Of a DNA stretch of 64,000 nucleotides, positions 1 to 9,315 are shown piece by piece. The notes under the pieces were generated by a model, which did no database searches, was not told where the DNA came from, and saw only the letters and a program-made list of their open reading frames with translations. Position numbers and translations under genes: made by a program. Position 1 is the first letter of the stretch; the number at the start of each line of letters is the position of its first letter. The DNA comes from Acidimicrobiaceae bacterium. Lineage in GTDB: Bacteria > Actinomycetota > Acidimicrobiia > Acidimicrobiales > RAAP-2. The stretch is from NCBI GenBank assembly GCA_003136415.1, contig PLEI01000106.1, positions 7,446-71,445 on the forward strand, given 5' to 3'.

Positions 1-484
1 AGTGCATGTGCCGTTTTCGGCACTGACGTCATTGAGAGCGCTGGCCGTTTCGTCATTGAATTCGCGCCCGCCGACGGCTCCCGGTCGACTCCCCCCGGAC
101 GGGTAGCCGCGAGCCGATCTGAGGGGGGCGCTTGATGAATGATGAGGTCGACGAACACTGGCACGAGGACGAACCCGAAGCTGGGCAGACCGAGGAACGA
201 GCCGCCTTGGAATCCGCCATCGACGAAGAGCACGCCTACCTGAGAGGTCGATTCGCGAGGTCGAGTCGGAGGAGACAGCTGAGGAGAGGAATTCGAAGGC
301 GCGTCACTGAAGACGGTGGCGGTATGCATTCAGATACCTGCTCAACCCGCCCTGGAGCACTGTTTGTTTCACCGTGGGCAACGAGGCGCATGTCAACGTT
401 CCTCATTGTTGACGCGGCCCACGAGTTCATCTAGGGGACCTGAAAGGTTTGAAAGCTGTCCGCTAAGGTCCACTTGAGAGTTTC

Positions 485-2143
485 GTGAGAGGGGCGCGAG
501 CCAGAGTGTCGGAAGGGATTCCACTCAGCGCGGGGCGTGATGGCCTCGCGGTCAGGTCAGCGGCGTCACGTGGTTCGGTGATGACCCGCGGGGCGCACCG
601 GTTTCGCGAATCTGGCGAGATTCCTATTCGTCAGGTTCACTGGCGAATCGATGCCGTCGTGGCACTGGCGAGCCTGTCACTGGCCGCCGGCCAGTTCTTC
701 ATGCACCGCATCATGTCCGCGTACGACTCGGGCGTGTATTTCGGAGCGGCGACGCAGTTCGTCTCGGGGCATCTGCCCTATCGCGACTTCGTCTTCGTGC
801 AGCCGCCCGGCGTGCTGGCGTTGCTGAGCCCATTTGCGATTATCGGTAAGGCCACCTCGACGTCTTTCGGTTTCGAACTGGCACGCCTTTTCTCGAGCGT
901 GTGGGCGGCGGCGGTGGCCGTGCTGGTGAGCCGTCTGTTGCGCCCCTACGGACGGGCGAGTTCACTGCTCGCTGGACTCGCCGTAGCGCTCTCGCCCGTG
1001 GCGGCCTACGAAATGACGGCGGTCAAACTGGAGGTCTACTGTCTGTCTCTTTCGTTGTTGGCAGCCCTGTGGGTCGTCACCGCTGAGCAACGAGAAGCGC
1101 CCAGTGCTGCGCGGCGAGTGAGGGCCGCGGGATTGGTGATCGGTGTGGCGGGGTCCGTCAAGCTCTGGGCGATCTTTTCGTTCATCGCACTCGTGGTGTG
1201 CGTGTGGGGCATGGGGCGCGCGCAAGTACTTCGCTTCGCGGGCTGGGCTGCGGCGGGGTTTGTGCTCGTCGCCGGACCATTCTTCCTGCTCGCGCCCTCA
1301 GAGTTCATTCAACAGGTATTCATTGCTCAGCTTTTTCGACGCCAAAATGCTCTCGGGCCCGTGAGCACGCTTAGTCGCTTGACCCAAATGACGGGGTTGA
1401 AGAACACGCCCTTTGCTCCCAACACGCCCGAGTTGTTGTTCCTGTGCGGCGCGGTGATTTTGGTAGTAGTGACGGCGCTTCGCGTCGGCGGACTCGGAAG
1501 TTTGAGTGATCGTTTCTTTCTCGGCGCCAGCGCATTGACGGTCACTGCCTTATTGAGTTCGCGTGAGTTCTACGGCTATTACGGCTACTTCGTCGTGCCA
1601 CTGCTCGTGGGGCTCGTGGTGTCGAGTGTCTCGAGGATATGCCGCAGTTCGTCGATGAAGCGTCATTCTCATCGATCGGATTCGGACAAGCCACGCTCAT
1701 CTGCCAACGGACCGGTGCTGGTCGGAGTCGCTTGTCTGCTGCTCGTCGGGGCGGGTGGCTTCGGCGTCGTGAACCTCACCCGGGGCCTCACGAGGCCCGT
1801 ACAGATATCGTTGATCGACCAGTACGTGCCCCGGGGCAGTTGCGCCATCTTCGATGACGCGATTGAAGGAGTGTTGTCAAATCGATTGGTCTCGACGAAT
1901 CCACGCTGTCCCGTCATCGTTGACGCCGGTGGGATGTCGATGGTACTCGACGGAAAAAGTCCGTTGAAATCAGCCTCCCTTGAACACCGGTGGCAAGAAG
2001 ATTTCTCACGAGCGCACTTCGTCGTACTGGCGGGGACTAGACGGCTCGGAGTCCCTTGGACGCCAGCTCTTCATTCGTGGTTCGCTGACCGCTTTCACTT
2101 GACGATCGACGCCGGCTCATTTCTTATCTACCAGCGCGATTGA
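485..2143 (+). CDS. Polytopic membrane glycosyltransferase, GT-C fold (DUF2029/GT87-like, polyprenyl-phosphate-sugar dependent)
   Basis: 552-aa ORF starting at GTG 485, with an alternative ATG at 581. It has many hydrophobic segments. The N-terminal loop motif YDSGVYFGAATQFVSGHLPYRDFVFVQPPG is typical of this family. There is a roughly 170-aa non-hydrophobic C-terminal extension. Confidence 0.55.
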   Translation: MRGARARVSEGIPLSAGRDGLAVRSAASRGSVMTRGAHRFRESGEIPIRQVHWRIDAVVALASLSLAAGQFFMHRIMSAYDSGVYFGAATQFVSGHLPYRDFVFVQPPGVLALLSPFAIIGKATSTSFGFELARLFSSVWAAAVAVLVSRLLRPYGRASSLLAGLAVALSPVAAYEMTAVKLEVYCLSLSLLAALWVVTAEQREAPSAARRVRAAGLVIGVAGSVKLWAIFSFIALVVCVWGMGRAQVLRFAGWAAAGFVLVAGPFFLLAPSEFIQQVFIAQLFRRQNALGPVSTLSRLTQMTGLKNTPFAPNTPELLFLCGAVILVVVTALRVGGLGSLSDRFFLGASALTVTALLSSREFYGYYGYFVVPLLVGLVVSSVSRICRSSSMKRHSHRSDSDKPRSSANGPVLVGVACLLLVGAGGFGVVNLTRGLTRPVQISLIDQYVPRGSCAIFDDAIEGVLSNRLVSTNPRCPVIVDAGGMSMVLDGKSPLKSASLEHRWQEDFSRAHFVVLAGTRRLGVPWTPALHSWFADRFHLTIDAGSFLIYQRD

Positions 2144-2239
2144 TTGAGTTGCCCTTTGGGCCGATCAGGTGATGATTCTTGCGGCGCGCTGCTGTCATCG
2201 AGTACGACGAAGCAAATCTTACGGCTACCGCCGCGAGCA

Positions 2240-3571
2240 TCACGCCGGAATTCGAGATGCCGCACTCGCGAGGGTTGCCAAGATCTCAGTCACCGCGGAG
2301 GGCAATGAGGTTGCTGATTCGTATGGGGAAAGTCGCGAGCCGGCACGTCCGTGCAAGTGTGCGCTCAGCGCCGCAGCGTCCAGTGGGTCGTGCCCGCGGG
2401 CGATCGCCGCGCCGATCATTCCCGCCAAGATGTCACCGGTGCCCGCCGTGGCCAGCGCACTAGTGCCGGAATTGACCACTCTCAGGCGGCCCTCGGGCGT
2501 GCTGATGATGGTGAGGGGACCCTTCAAGAGGACAACGCAGCCGGTCTGGGCCGCGAGACGTCGCACGCTGGCAATACGTCGTCCATTCACCACCTCTCCG
2601 CCGAGGCGCTCGAACTCCTTGGCGTGGGGAGTCAATACTCGCGGTGCGCGGTGGGCGAGCTCGATCATCCGCGGGGTTAACGCGTCCGCATCGAGGACGA
2701 TGGTCATGGCAACGTCACTGAGTCGTTCTCTCAACCACTCGCCCGACTTGGTGCCCAGTCCCGGTCCCGCGACGACGCACTTGCTGCGCGGATCGACTTG
2801 GGGCCCTCGCACGCGGACGACCTCAGGGGGCAGGGACACCAGTTTGGCAATCTTGCCCATGCTCTCGAGTCGAACCATCGAGGCGCCCGCACTTAAGGCG
2901 CCAAGGCAGACCAAGGCAGCCGCTCCGGGCATTGGTGGAGTGCCGGCGAGCACGCTGAGAGCGTGGGTCCATTTGTGGTCATCACGACGGCCGATGACGT
3001 AGCCACCGAGGTCGGCGTCGACTATCAAAGCACTTTCATTGGGCGTCTCGATTCCCAGTGACGCGAAACGTAACTGGCCGACCACCCTGGTGGCGTCGCC
3101 GTCAACGTGGGCGAACTTTAGAGCACCGAGGGCGAGAGTCACGTTGGCCGTGAGGGGACGACCGAGAACTGCGCCAGTGTCAGCGTCCACTCCCGAGGGC
3201 AAATCGACGGCGAGAACTTTCGTTCCAGCGCTCACCAGAGGTGCCTCGTAGGGTCGAGTACACCCCAATCCAAAGGCGGCGTCAATGACGAGGTCGTAAC
3301 CGCGGAGTTCTCGGGGTTGGCCCGCCACCGAAATGAGATCAACTTTGCAGCCGCGAGCTTGCAAGAGCGCCCCCGCCACACGACCATCCGCACCGTTAAG
3401 TCCCGGACCCACCAGTACGCCCACTCGTCGACCGTACAGACTGCCCAGCATTCGGTGGGCTTGCGCCGCGACGGCAGTACCGGCCGCCTCCACGAGGGCG
3501 TCGACGCCCCGGCGAGCAACTTCGCGCGCGTCACATTCGCGCATCACTGCGGTACTAACCAGAGGAATCAC
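2240..3571 (-). CDS. nnr: Bifunctional NAD(P)H-hydrate repair enzyme (YjeF_N epimerase + ADP-dependent dehydratase)
   Basis: 443 aa with a GTG start. The N-terminal YjeF_N pattern is VLVGPGLNGADGRVAGALL. The C-terminal carbohydrate-kinase pattern is VLDADAL...LTPH and GTGDILAGMIGA. An SD-like AGGGTGAGG lies upstream. Confidence 0.85.
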   Translation of the reverse strand: MIPLVSTAVMRECDAREVARRGVDALVEAAGTAVAAQAHRMLGSLYGRRVGVLVGPGLNGADGRVAGALLQARGCKVDLISVAGQPRELRGYDLVIDAAFGLGCTRPYEAPLVSAGTKVLAVDLPSGVDADTGAVLGRPLTANVTLALGALKFAHVDGDATRVVGQLRFASLGIETPNESALIVDADLGGYVIGRRDDHKWTHALSVLAGTPPMPGAAALVCLGALSAGASMVRLESMGKIAKLVSLPPEVVRVRGPQVDPRSKCVVAGPGLGTKSGEWLRERLSDVAMTIVLDADALTPRMIELAHRAPRVLTPHAKEFERLGGEVVNGRRIASVRRLAAQTGCVVLLKGPLTIISTPEGRLRVVNSGTSALATAGTGDILAGMIGAAIARGHDPLDAAALSAHLHGRAGSRLSPYESATSLPSAVTEILATLASAASRIPA

Positions 3572-3676
3572 GCGACCTCACCCTTTGTCGATGCTGCTGA
3601 AAGTTCGCGAACGCCACATGTGATGAAAGCACTGCCCCCAAGTTAGCCACGAGACTCCTCGCTCGCGACGCGCAAA

Positions 3677-4420
3677 GTGGTTGGCGTCGCTCGTGAGTGT
3701 CGCGTCGTCACTTGGGAAAGAATCTGCGTGGTCGAGGCACTGAGTATCTGGGCCTACCATTGGCGCCTGATTGACCAACTCTTCAGCGTCTCGGCGTCAA
3801 CGAGTCCCTTCACTGGTCGCGCTCTTCCCGAACCCACGACATTCAAGGTCTCCGTTGAGAACGGCTCGGGCATCGCTCTTCAGGCGCAGAACGTGGCGGC
3901 GGGTCTCGCGGCCAAGGGTTACCGGGTCTCCACCGTCGGCGAACGCACGCCCACGGGCCCACTCACCGAAACTGTCGTGTGGTACGGCGGAGCGCCGCCG
4001 CCCGTGAACGCCAATTGGAAGAATCCGGGACTTGAGGGCGCCCAATCAATAATGGGCCAGCTTGAGGGGCCCGCCATCATGGGCTACAACCCGGCGCTCG
4101 TGACTCTCGGCGCCCTGGTCACGGTCCAGACTGGTACGGGTCTGACCCTCAAGCCCACGGAACCGACCACCGCGACGACGCTGAAGTCGACGACGTCGTC
4201 CTTTACGTCGTCGTCGCTGCCCACATTGGCGATCCAATTGGCGGCGGCCAACTCGACATCGTCGACCACCACGACAACCACGACCACCACGATTCCCGAT
4301 CCCGGCGGCATTGCCTCGAACTCGAATTTTGGTTCGCCCCGCGCGACGAATCCCACTCTCGAAGCATGGGACTCGCGCGCCTGCAACGCCGCGGGTACCG
4401 GTCCCTCAAGCGCGCCGTAA
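3677..4420 (+). CDS. LytR_C (LytR cell-envelope-related C-terminal) domain protein with Ser/Thr-rich tail; start uncertain, no signal peptide or TM found
   Basis: The core FKVSVENGSGIALQAQNVAAGLAAKGYRVSTVG...TVVWYGG matches the LytR_C pattern. The C-terminal half is low complexity and includes a run of nine Thr (about nt 4264-4290). An in-frame stop at 3644-3646 limits any N-terminal extension. Confidence 0.5.
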   Translation: MVGVARECRVVTWERICVVEALSIWAYHWRLIDQLFSVSASTSPFTGRALPEPTTFKVSVENGSGIALQAQNVAAGLAAKGYRVSTVGERTPTGPLTETVVWYGGAPPPVNANWKNPGLEGAQSIMGQLEGPAIMGYNPALVTLGALVTVQTGTGLTLKPTEPTTATTLKSTTSSFTSSSLPTLAIQLAAANSTSSTTTTTTTTTIPDPGGIASNSNFGSPRATNPTLEAWDSRACNAAGTGPSSAP

Positions 4421-4558
4421 GTACGTCTCCGGGATTTCACAGGCATCCGCCAAATAACTTTCAAAGTGTGACGACGTTTGTAACCCTTTTGACAGGCGTT
4501 TCAGAACTTCGATTCGTAGCGTGAACTTATACATGCAGTTGAGACGAATAGAGGAAAA

Positions 4559-5932
4559 ATGATTACACGTACCCATAAGGTTGGGCGCTGCGGTGCAGTC
4601 ATCGCGCTGAGTCTGGCGAGTGTCTTCGCCTCCTCCGCTGTGGCGATGGCGAGTCCCGTGGCCCACGCCAGTGCGAAGGTCAACTTAGAAGTCCAAGGGA
4701 CCGTAACGGTACTGACGCCTTCGAGTGGCACGCCCACTTCGGTAACTATCCAACCGCGCAAGCCCAGTGCACCCAGCGAGAATGTGCTGCTCGGCGCCAC
4801 TACTGTGTACCGCCAGGCGGGCGCCACCGTAACGGTGGCCGCTCTCGTGATAGGCGTTCCCGTTGACATCGTGCTCACCGGTAGTCCCGCGACCGCCGCC
4901 ATCGTGCGAATTCTGACACCGGCGCCCATCTTCGTCGGTGGCACCGTCACCGCGTTGACGCCTTCGAGTGGCACGCCGACTTCAGTGACCATCATGCCCG
5001 ACAAGCACCACTCGTTGGCTGTCGCCATCCTCCTGGGATCAAGCACTGTCTACAGGCAGGCCGGTGCCGTGGTCACGGTGGCTGACTTGCTGGTGGGCTC
5101 CAAAGTTGAGTTGACCGCCAGTGGTAACCCCAGCACCGCTACCTTGGTGCGCATCGCGGTTCCCAAGCCCCTTCACGTTGAGGGCATGGTCACTGCCCTG
5201 AACCCCTCGAGTGGCACTCCCACCTCGGTGACGATCCAGCCCAACGGCTTCTTCAAGACTCCCGTGACGGTCGCTCTCGGCGCCGGTACGGTCTACTGGC
5301 AGCTCAAGGCCTCGACTACCGTGGCGGCACTGTTGGTGGGTTCACACGTTGAACTCACCGCGACGGGTAACCCGTTGACGGCGACCGTGGTGCACATCTC
5401 GGCCCCATTGCCGGATATCACCATCGGTAGCGTCACCGCCGTCACCAGTACCACGATGACCGTTCAGCCTCTGGCGACGAGTTCGCTGCCCGTCACCTTC
5501 ACGCTGACGAATGCGACGTCGTACTTCGCTGGTCGCCAAGCCTCGACCATCACCGAAGTGAATGTGGGCGACATCGTCCGCGTCGCGGCGGCATCCTCGG
5601 CTCCGAGCACCGCGGTCTTCGTGACCGTACGCAACATGGTGATCATCGGCAAGGTCACCAGTGTCGTGGGCAGCGTGATCTCGGTCACCGGTTTCTACGG
5701 CGACGCGTTGACGGTCAACGTCAACTCGGCCACCACCTACAAATTGTCTGGCGCGACGTCGAGCCTCAGCTCGGTGCTCGTCGGTGACTTGATCGTTGCT
5801 CTGGGACCGGCCATGTCGGGTGTCACCAACTCGGTGACTGCCACCACGGTGTGGATTGGCACGAAGGACAACCCGATCTTTCACCACGCCTTCGTCCAGC
5901 ACGAGGATCAAGGAAGGCGTCACCACCGCTAA
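4559..5932 (+). CDS. Secreted repeat protein: signal peptide plus five ~81-aa beta-rich repeats (DUF5666-like from memory), His-rich C-terminus
   Basis: The N-terminus MITRTHKVGRCGAVIALSLASVFASSAVAMASPVAHA|SA looks like a Sec signal with an AHA cleavage site. The SD AGAGGAAAA lies upstream. The repeat signature is GTVTALTPSSGTPTSVTIQP...TVYRQAGA.VTVA.LLVGS.VELTA.GNP.TAT.V.I. The tail is HHAFVQHEDQGRRHHR. Confidence 0.75.
   Translation: MITRTHKVGRCGAVIALSLASVFASSAVAMASPVAHASAKVNLEVQGTVTVLTPSSGTPTSVTIQPRKPSAPSENVLLGATTVYRQAGATVTVAALVIGVPVDIVLTGSPATAAIVRILTPAPIFVGGTVTALTPSSGTPTSVTIMPDKHHSLAVAILLGSSTVYRQAGAVVTVADLLVGSKVELTASGNPSTATLVRIAVPKPLHVEGMVTALNPSSGTPTSVTIQPNGFFKTPVTVALGAGTVYWQLKASTTVAALLVGSHVELTATGNPLTATVVHISAPLPDITIGSVTAVTSTTMTVQPLATSSLPVTFTLTNATSYFAGRQASTITEVNVGDIVRVAAASSAPSTAVFVTVRNMVIIGKVTSVVGSVISVTGFYGDALTVNVNSATTYKLSGATSSLSSVLVGDLIVALGPAMSGVTNSVTATTVWIGTKDNPIFHHAFVQHEDQGRRHHR
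4676..5404 (+). repeat. Three well-conserved tandem 243-nt (81-codon) coding repeats; two further degenerate copies continue to about 5860
   Basis: The marker GACGCCTTCGAGTGGCACGCC occurs at 4714 and 4957, and the related GAACCCCTCGAGTGGCACTCC at 5200. The period is exactly 243 nt. Confidence 0.85.
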
Positions 5933-5956
5933 AGCGGGCGCAAGCGGAATCAAGCA

Positions 5957-5996
5957 GCTACCGGGCAACCCCAGGGTTGCCCGGTAGCCTTGTTTG
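5957..5996 (+). terminator. Intrinsic terminator after the repeat-protein gene
   Basis: A perfect 14-bp stem pairs GCTACCGGGCAACC (5957-5970) with GGTTGCCCGGTAGC (5975-5988). The loop is CCAG, followed by CTTGTTTGG. Confidence 0.7.
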
Positions 5997-6056
5997 GTGC
6001 CACGTCTCAGTCACCGCATACCCGACACGCCGTGGAAGGCATCGAATACCTGGGCC

Positions 6057-6650
6057 ATGCGCCCGCGAATGATCGCCCCGCTGATCGGCGGACTGGGCCT
6101 CTTCGGCTTCGGTGAAGGACTGCTGGTGGCGTCGCATTGGGGGGCGACTCCCTGGACCGTGTTCGCCCAAGGCCTCGGCAATCGAATCGGTATCTCCCTG
6201 GGGTGGTCGACGCTTCTCATCTCGGCGGTGGTGCTGCTCGCCTGGTGGCCACTGCGTGAGAAACCCGGACTCGGTACTGTGGCGAATCTCGCCATCATTG
6301 CCTACGCACTTGACGTCACCGCCGCCAATATCGCGACTCCGTCGAGTGACGCGCTCCGCGCAGTGTTGATGGTCTCAGGTGTGGCGGCCATCGGCATCGG
6401 CAGCGCGCTCTATCTCACGACCGGACTCGGTCCTGGTCCGCGTGATGGTGTCATGACGAGCTTGCATCGACGCTTGAACGTCAGTGTGGTCTACGTGCGC
6501 TTGAGCATCGAGGTCACCGTCTTGATCGTCGGCTGGTTGCTCGGGGGAGTGGTGGGCATTGGTACCGCGTTCTTCGCCGCAGCCATTGGCTTCAGTATCG
6601 GGCTGAATTTGAATTTCCTCGACCGACTGGTGAAGAAGGACGCGCCGTGA
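6057..6650 (+). CDS. YczE/YitT-like integral membrane protein
   Basis: The ORF track starts at 5994, but that would begin inside the upstream terminator, so I use ATG 6057. The motifs GLGLFGFGEGLLVASHWGATPWTVFAQGL and GLGPGPRDGVM are typical of this family. Confidence 0.6.
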   Translation: MRPRMIAPLIGGLGLFGFGEGLLVASHWGATPWTVFAQGLGNRIGISLGWSTLLISAVVLLAWWPLREKPGLGTVANLAIIAYALDVTAANIATPSSDALRAVLMVSGVAAIGIGSALYLTTGLGPGPRDGVMTSLHRRLNVSVVYVRLSIEVTVLIVGWLLGGVVGIGTAFFAAAIGFSIGLNLNFLDRLVKKDAP

Positions 6651-7288
6651 TCGACGCCGCGCACATGACACAATTCTTCGTCGCCTCGATTCTCATCATC
6701 ATGGTGCCGGGGCCCAGTGTGCTCTTCACGCTCGCGCGCGGCGTCGCGTGGGGTCGAGCAGTCGCGGTGTTGACCGTATTGGGCAACAGTTTGGGCACGC
6801 TGTTGTTGTCAATGGTCGTGGCCTTTGGTTTGGGACCCCTGCTGTCACATTCGCGGGCCTTTTCGGTCGTGCTGCAGTTGGTCGGGGGTCTCTACCTGCT
6901 CTATTTGGGCACGGACGCGCTGCGTCACCGACAAGAGCACGCTCAGGCCATGACCCAACGAGAGGCGGCGCGACCATCTCCTCGGCGCATTGTTCGCCAG
7001 GGTTTCGTGGTGGGCGTGCTCAACCCCAAATCGCTCGTCTTCTTCGCCGCGGTCTTTCCCCATTTCGTGAATCGTCCCCGGGGCCACATCACGGCGCAAC
7101 TGGTGATCTTTGGCCTCATATTCTCCGTGATGGCGTTCTGCAGTGACGGTACGTGGGGACTGATCGCCGGGACCGCGCGCGAATGGTTGTCCGGTTCGCC
7201 CACGCGCCTGGTGGCACTGCGATCAATTGGTGGTGTCGTCATGTGCGCCCTGGGAGTCCTCATCGTCGTCTCGGCGCTCCTTTCGTGA
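6647..7288 (+). CDS. LysE/RhtB family amino-acid efflux translocator
   Basis: 213 aa. The N-terminal motif is FFVASILIIMVPGPSVLFTLARG. The GTG start overlaps the upstream stop (GTGA at 6647-6650). Confidence 0.8.
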   Translation: MIDAAHMTQFFVASILIIMVPGPSVLFTLARGVAWGRAVAVLTVLGNSLGTLLLSMVVAFGLGPLLSHSRAFSVVLQLVGGLYLLYLGTDALRHRQEHAQAMTQREAARPSPRRIVRQGFVVGVLNPKSLVFFAAVFPHFVNRPRGHITAQLVIFGLIFSVMAFCSDGTWGLIAGTAREWLSGSPTRLVALRSIGGVVMCALGVLIVVSALLS

Positions 7289-7320
7289 GTGCCACGGACT
7301 GAACCGAGGTCCGGACTTCC

Positions 7321-7326
7321 TACACT
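7321..7326 (+). promoter_or_regulatory. Putative -10 (TACACT) for the ABC exporter, leadered
   Basis: TANNNT hexamer 21 nt upstream of ATG 7348. The strong SD AAGGAG lies between them. Confidence 0.35.
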
Positions 7327-7347
7327 GCAGGGGACGAAGGAGTCGCA

Positions 7348-9315
7348 ATGAGTATGCATGGGGCTGCGACGGGTCGCAGCGGGCGCGCGGGAATGAACTC
7401 GATGCGGCGAAATCGCGACATCCTCGAACACCGGATCAAGAAGGGCACGCTGCCGCGGATGCTCACCTTCGCGCGGGCGTATCGAACCATGATCATCGTG
7501 TTCCTCGTCGCCGTGGTGCTTGATTCCATCGTCAGTTCGGTGTCACCTCTCGTGCTACGCGCCATCATCGACACCATCACCGGCACCGGCGTCGCGCACC
7601 CTCGCGAGAGACTCGTGATTCTTCTGTCGCTGCTGACGGCCGTTCTGGCCTTGATTGACGCCGGACTATCACTGTTCGAACGACGGGCCTCGGCGGTGAT
7701 CGGCGAAAGCCTCATCTACGACCTGCGGGCCCGGGTCTATGGCCACATCCAGGAGATGCCCATCGCCTTCTTTTCGCGCACCCAGACGGGCGCGTTGATC
7801 AGTCGGCTGAACAACGACGTCATCGGCGCGCAACAGGCCTTCACCGATCTGTTCTCCAACGTGGTGGGCAACGCCGTCCTGCTCGCCATCATTCTCGGGG
7901 TGATGTTCTACCTCAGCTGGCAGATCACGCTCGTGGCGCTGATCTTGTTGCCCCTCTTTTTGTTGCCGGCGCGACGCGTGGGGCGTCGACTGGGCACTCT
8001 CTTTCAGCGCGGGATGGAACTCAACGCCGAAATGAACATGGTGATGAGCGAGCGATTCAACGTGGCCGGCGCCATGGTCGTCAAACTCTTCGGACGCCCG
8101 CGCGACGAACTGGCCTATTTCGAGTCACGCGCCTCTCAGGTGCGCGACATCGGCATTCGCCAGGCCACCTACCAACGGTTCTTCTTCGTGGCGCTGTCGC
8201 TGACGGCGTCACTGGCTACGGCCTTCGCCTACGGTTTCGGCGGAGTGGCGGTACTGCACAAGACGTTGGCCATCGGCACCGTGGTGGCCCTCACCGCGTA
8301 TCTGACCAGGTTGTACGGTCCGCTGACGCAATTGTCGAACCTGAACATTGACTACATGTCGGCGATGGTCAGTTTCGAGCGACTCTTCGAGGTGTTGGAC
8401 CTCGAACCAATGATCAAGGAATCGCCCGACGCGCGCGGCATTCCTGAGGGTCCGGCGACGCTGCGCTTTGAACACGTGGACTTCGAGTACCCCGGTGCTG
8501 AAGAAGTGTCCCTGGCGTCGCTCGAGGCGGTGGCGGTTCTCGAGCGCGTGGAACGCACCTCGGTCTTGCACGACGTGTCCTTCGTCGTGGAGCCGGGCAC
8601 CATGACCGCGTTGGTGGGACCGTCGGGTGCCGGCAAGACCACGATGTCGCTTCTCGTGTCGCGGCTCTACGACGTGACGTCGGGTGCGGTGAGCATCAAT
8701 GGACTGGACTTGCGCGACACCAGTACGGCGTCACTCAATGCCACCGTCGGCGTCGTCACCCAGGACCCGCATTTGTTCCACGACTCCATCCGCGCGAACT
8801 TGCTGTTCGCGCGTCCCGACGCCAGCGACGCCGAGATCCACGAAGCTCTCGCGGCGGCACAGATCGCTCCGTTGGTGGCGAGCCTGCCGCTCGGACTCGA
8901 CACGGTGGTGGGCGAGCGCGGCTATCGACTGAGTGGCGGCGAGAAGCAGCGCGTGGCGTTGGCGCGCCTGCTGCTCAAGGCACCGCGACTGGTGGTCCTC
9001 GATGAGGCCACGGCCCACCTCGACAACGAGAGTGAGGCCGCGGTGCAGCGAGCTCTCGATCAAACGATGGCGCAGCGCACCTCACTGGTCATTGCCCACC
9101 GGCTCTCGACCATCCGCAACGCCGACCAGATTCTGGTGATCAACGAGGGTCGCATCGTCCAGCGCGGCAGCCACGAGGAATTGTTGGCCCGAGGTGGCCT
9201 CTACCGCGACCTCTACGAGACGCAGTTCGCCTCGCAGGCGTCAACCCATGGAGTGGGCGCCACCGTCCACGTGGATGATCGACGCGGTGGTGCCGCGCAG
9301 GAGGGGCGAGAGTAG
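7348..9315 (+). CDS. ABC exporter, fused permease + ATPase (MsbA/MdlB type)
   Basis: 655 aa with an N-terminal six-helix TMD. Walker A is GPSGAGKTT, the signature is LSGGEKQRVALAR and Walker B is LVVLDEAT. Confidence 0.85.
   Translation: MSMHGAATGRSGRAGMNSMRRNRDILEHRIKKGTLPRMLTFARAYRTMIIVFLVAVVLDSIVSSVSPLVLRAIIDTITGTGVAHPRERLVILLSLLTAVLALIDAGLSLFERRASAVIGESLIYDLRARVYGHIQEMPIAFFSRTQTGALISRLNNDVIGAQQAFTDLFSNVVGNAVLLAIILGVMFYLSWQITLVALILLPLFLLPARRVGRRLGTLFQRGMELNAEMNMVMSERFNVAGAMVVKLFGRPRDELAYFESRASQVRDIGIRQATYQRFFFVALSLTASLATAFAYGFGGVAVLHKTLAIGTVVALTAYLTRLYGPLTQLSNLNIDYMSAMVSFERLFEVLDLEPMIKESPDARGIPEGPATLRFEHVDFEYPGAEEVSLASLEAVAVLERVERTSVLHDVSFVVEPGTMTALVGPSGAGKTTMSLLVSRLYDVTSGAVSINGLDLRDTSTASLNATVGVVTQDPHLFHDSIRANLLFARPDASDAEIHEALAAAQIAPLVASLPLGLDTVVGERGYRLSGGEKQRVALARLLLKAPRLVVLDEATAHLDNESEAAVQRALDQTMAQRTSLVIAHRLSTIRNADQILVINEGRIVQRGSHEELLARGGLYRDLYETQFASQASTHGVGATVHVDDRRGGAAQEGRE

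Noticed and set aside
1-484. Possible coding sequence at the left edge. Candidates are the acidic plus-strand ORF 132-434, a plus frame open from nt 1 to a TGA at 133-135, two minus-strand frames open to the window edge, and a minus-strand fragment reading MRLVAHGETN (histidine-phosphatase-like RHGE motif with R replaced by A).
   Set aside because: Several mutually exclusive frames are open, as expected in GC-rich DNA. Codon-position composition did not discriminate between them by eye, and none shows a convincing family signature over more than about 10 residues. I left the region unannotated. It needs the flanking sequence or a homology search.
4264-4290. The Thr9-coding tract as a slippage-prone phase-variation microsatellite
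   Set aside because: The codons are mixed (ACC/ACG/ACA) with no perfect short tandem unit, so slipped-strand mispairing is unlikely.
4489-4522. TTGACA (4489-4494) plus TAGCGT (4517-4522) as the promoter of the repeat-protein gene
   Set aside because: The spacer is 22 nt, which is too long for a sigma-70-type promoter, and no TANNNT sits at 16-18 nt. The AT-rich region probably holds the promoter, but I cannot place it.
7296-7314. Short hairpin CGGAC-tgaaccgag-GTCCG after the LysE gene, as a terminator
   Set aside because: The stem is 5 bp with no T-tract. There is not enough support to call it.
8797-8812. SOS-box-like sequence CGAACttgctGTTCG inside the ABC exporter gene
   Set aside because: The half-sites are separated by 5 nt rather than 4, and the site lies deep inside a coding region.
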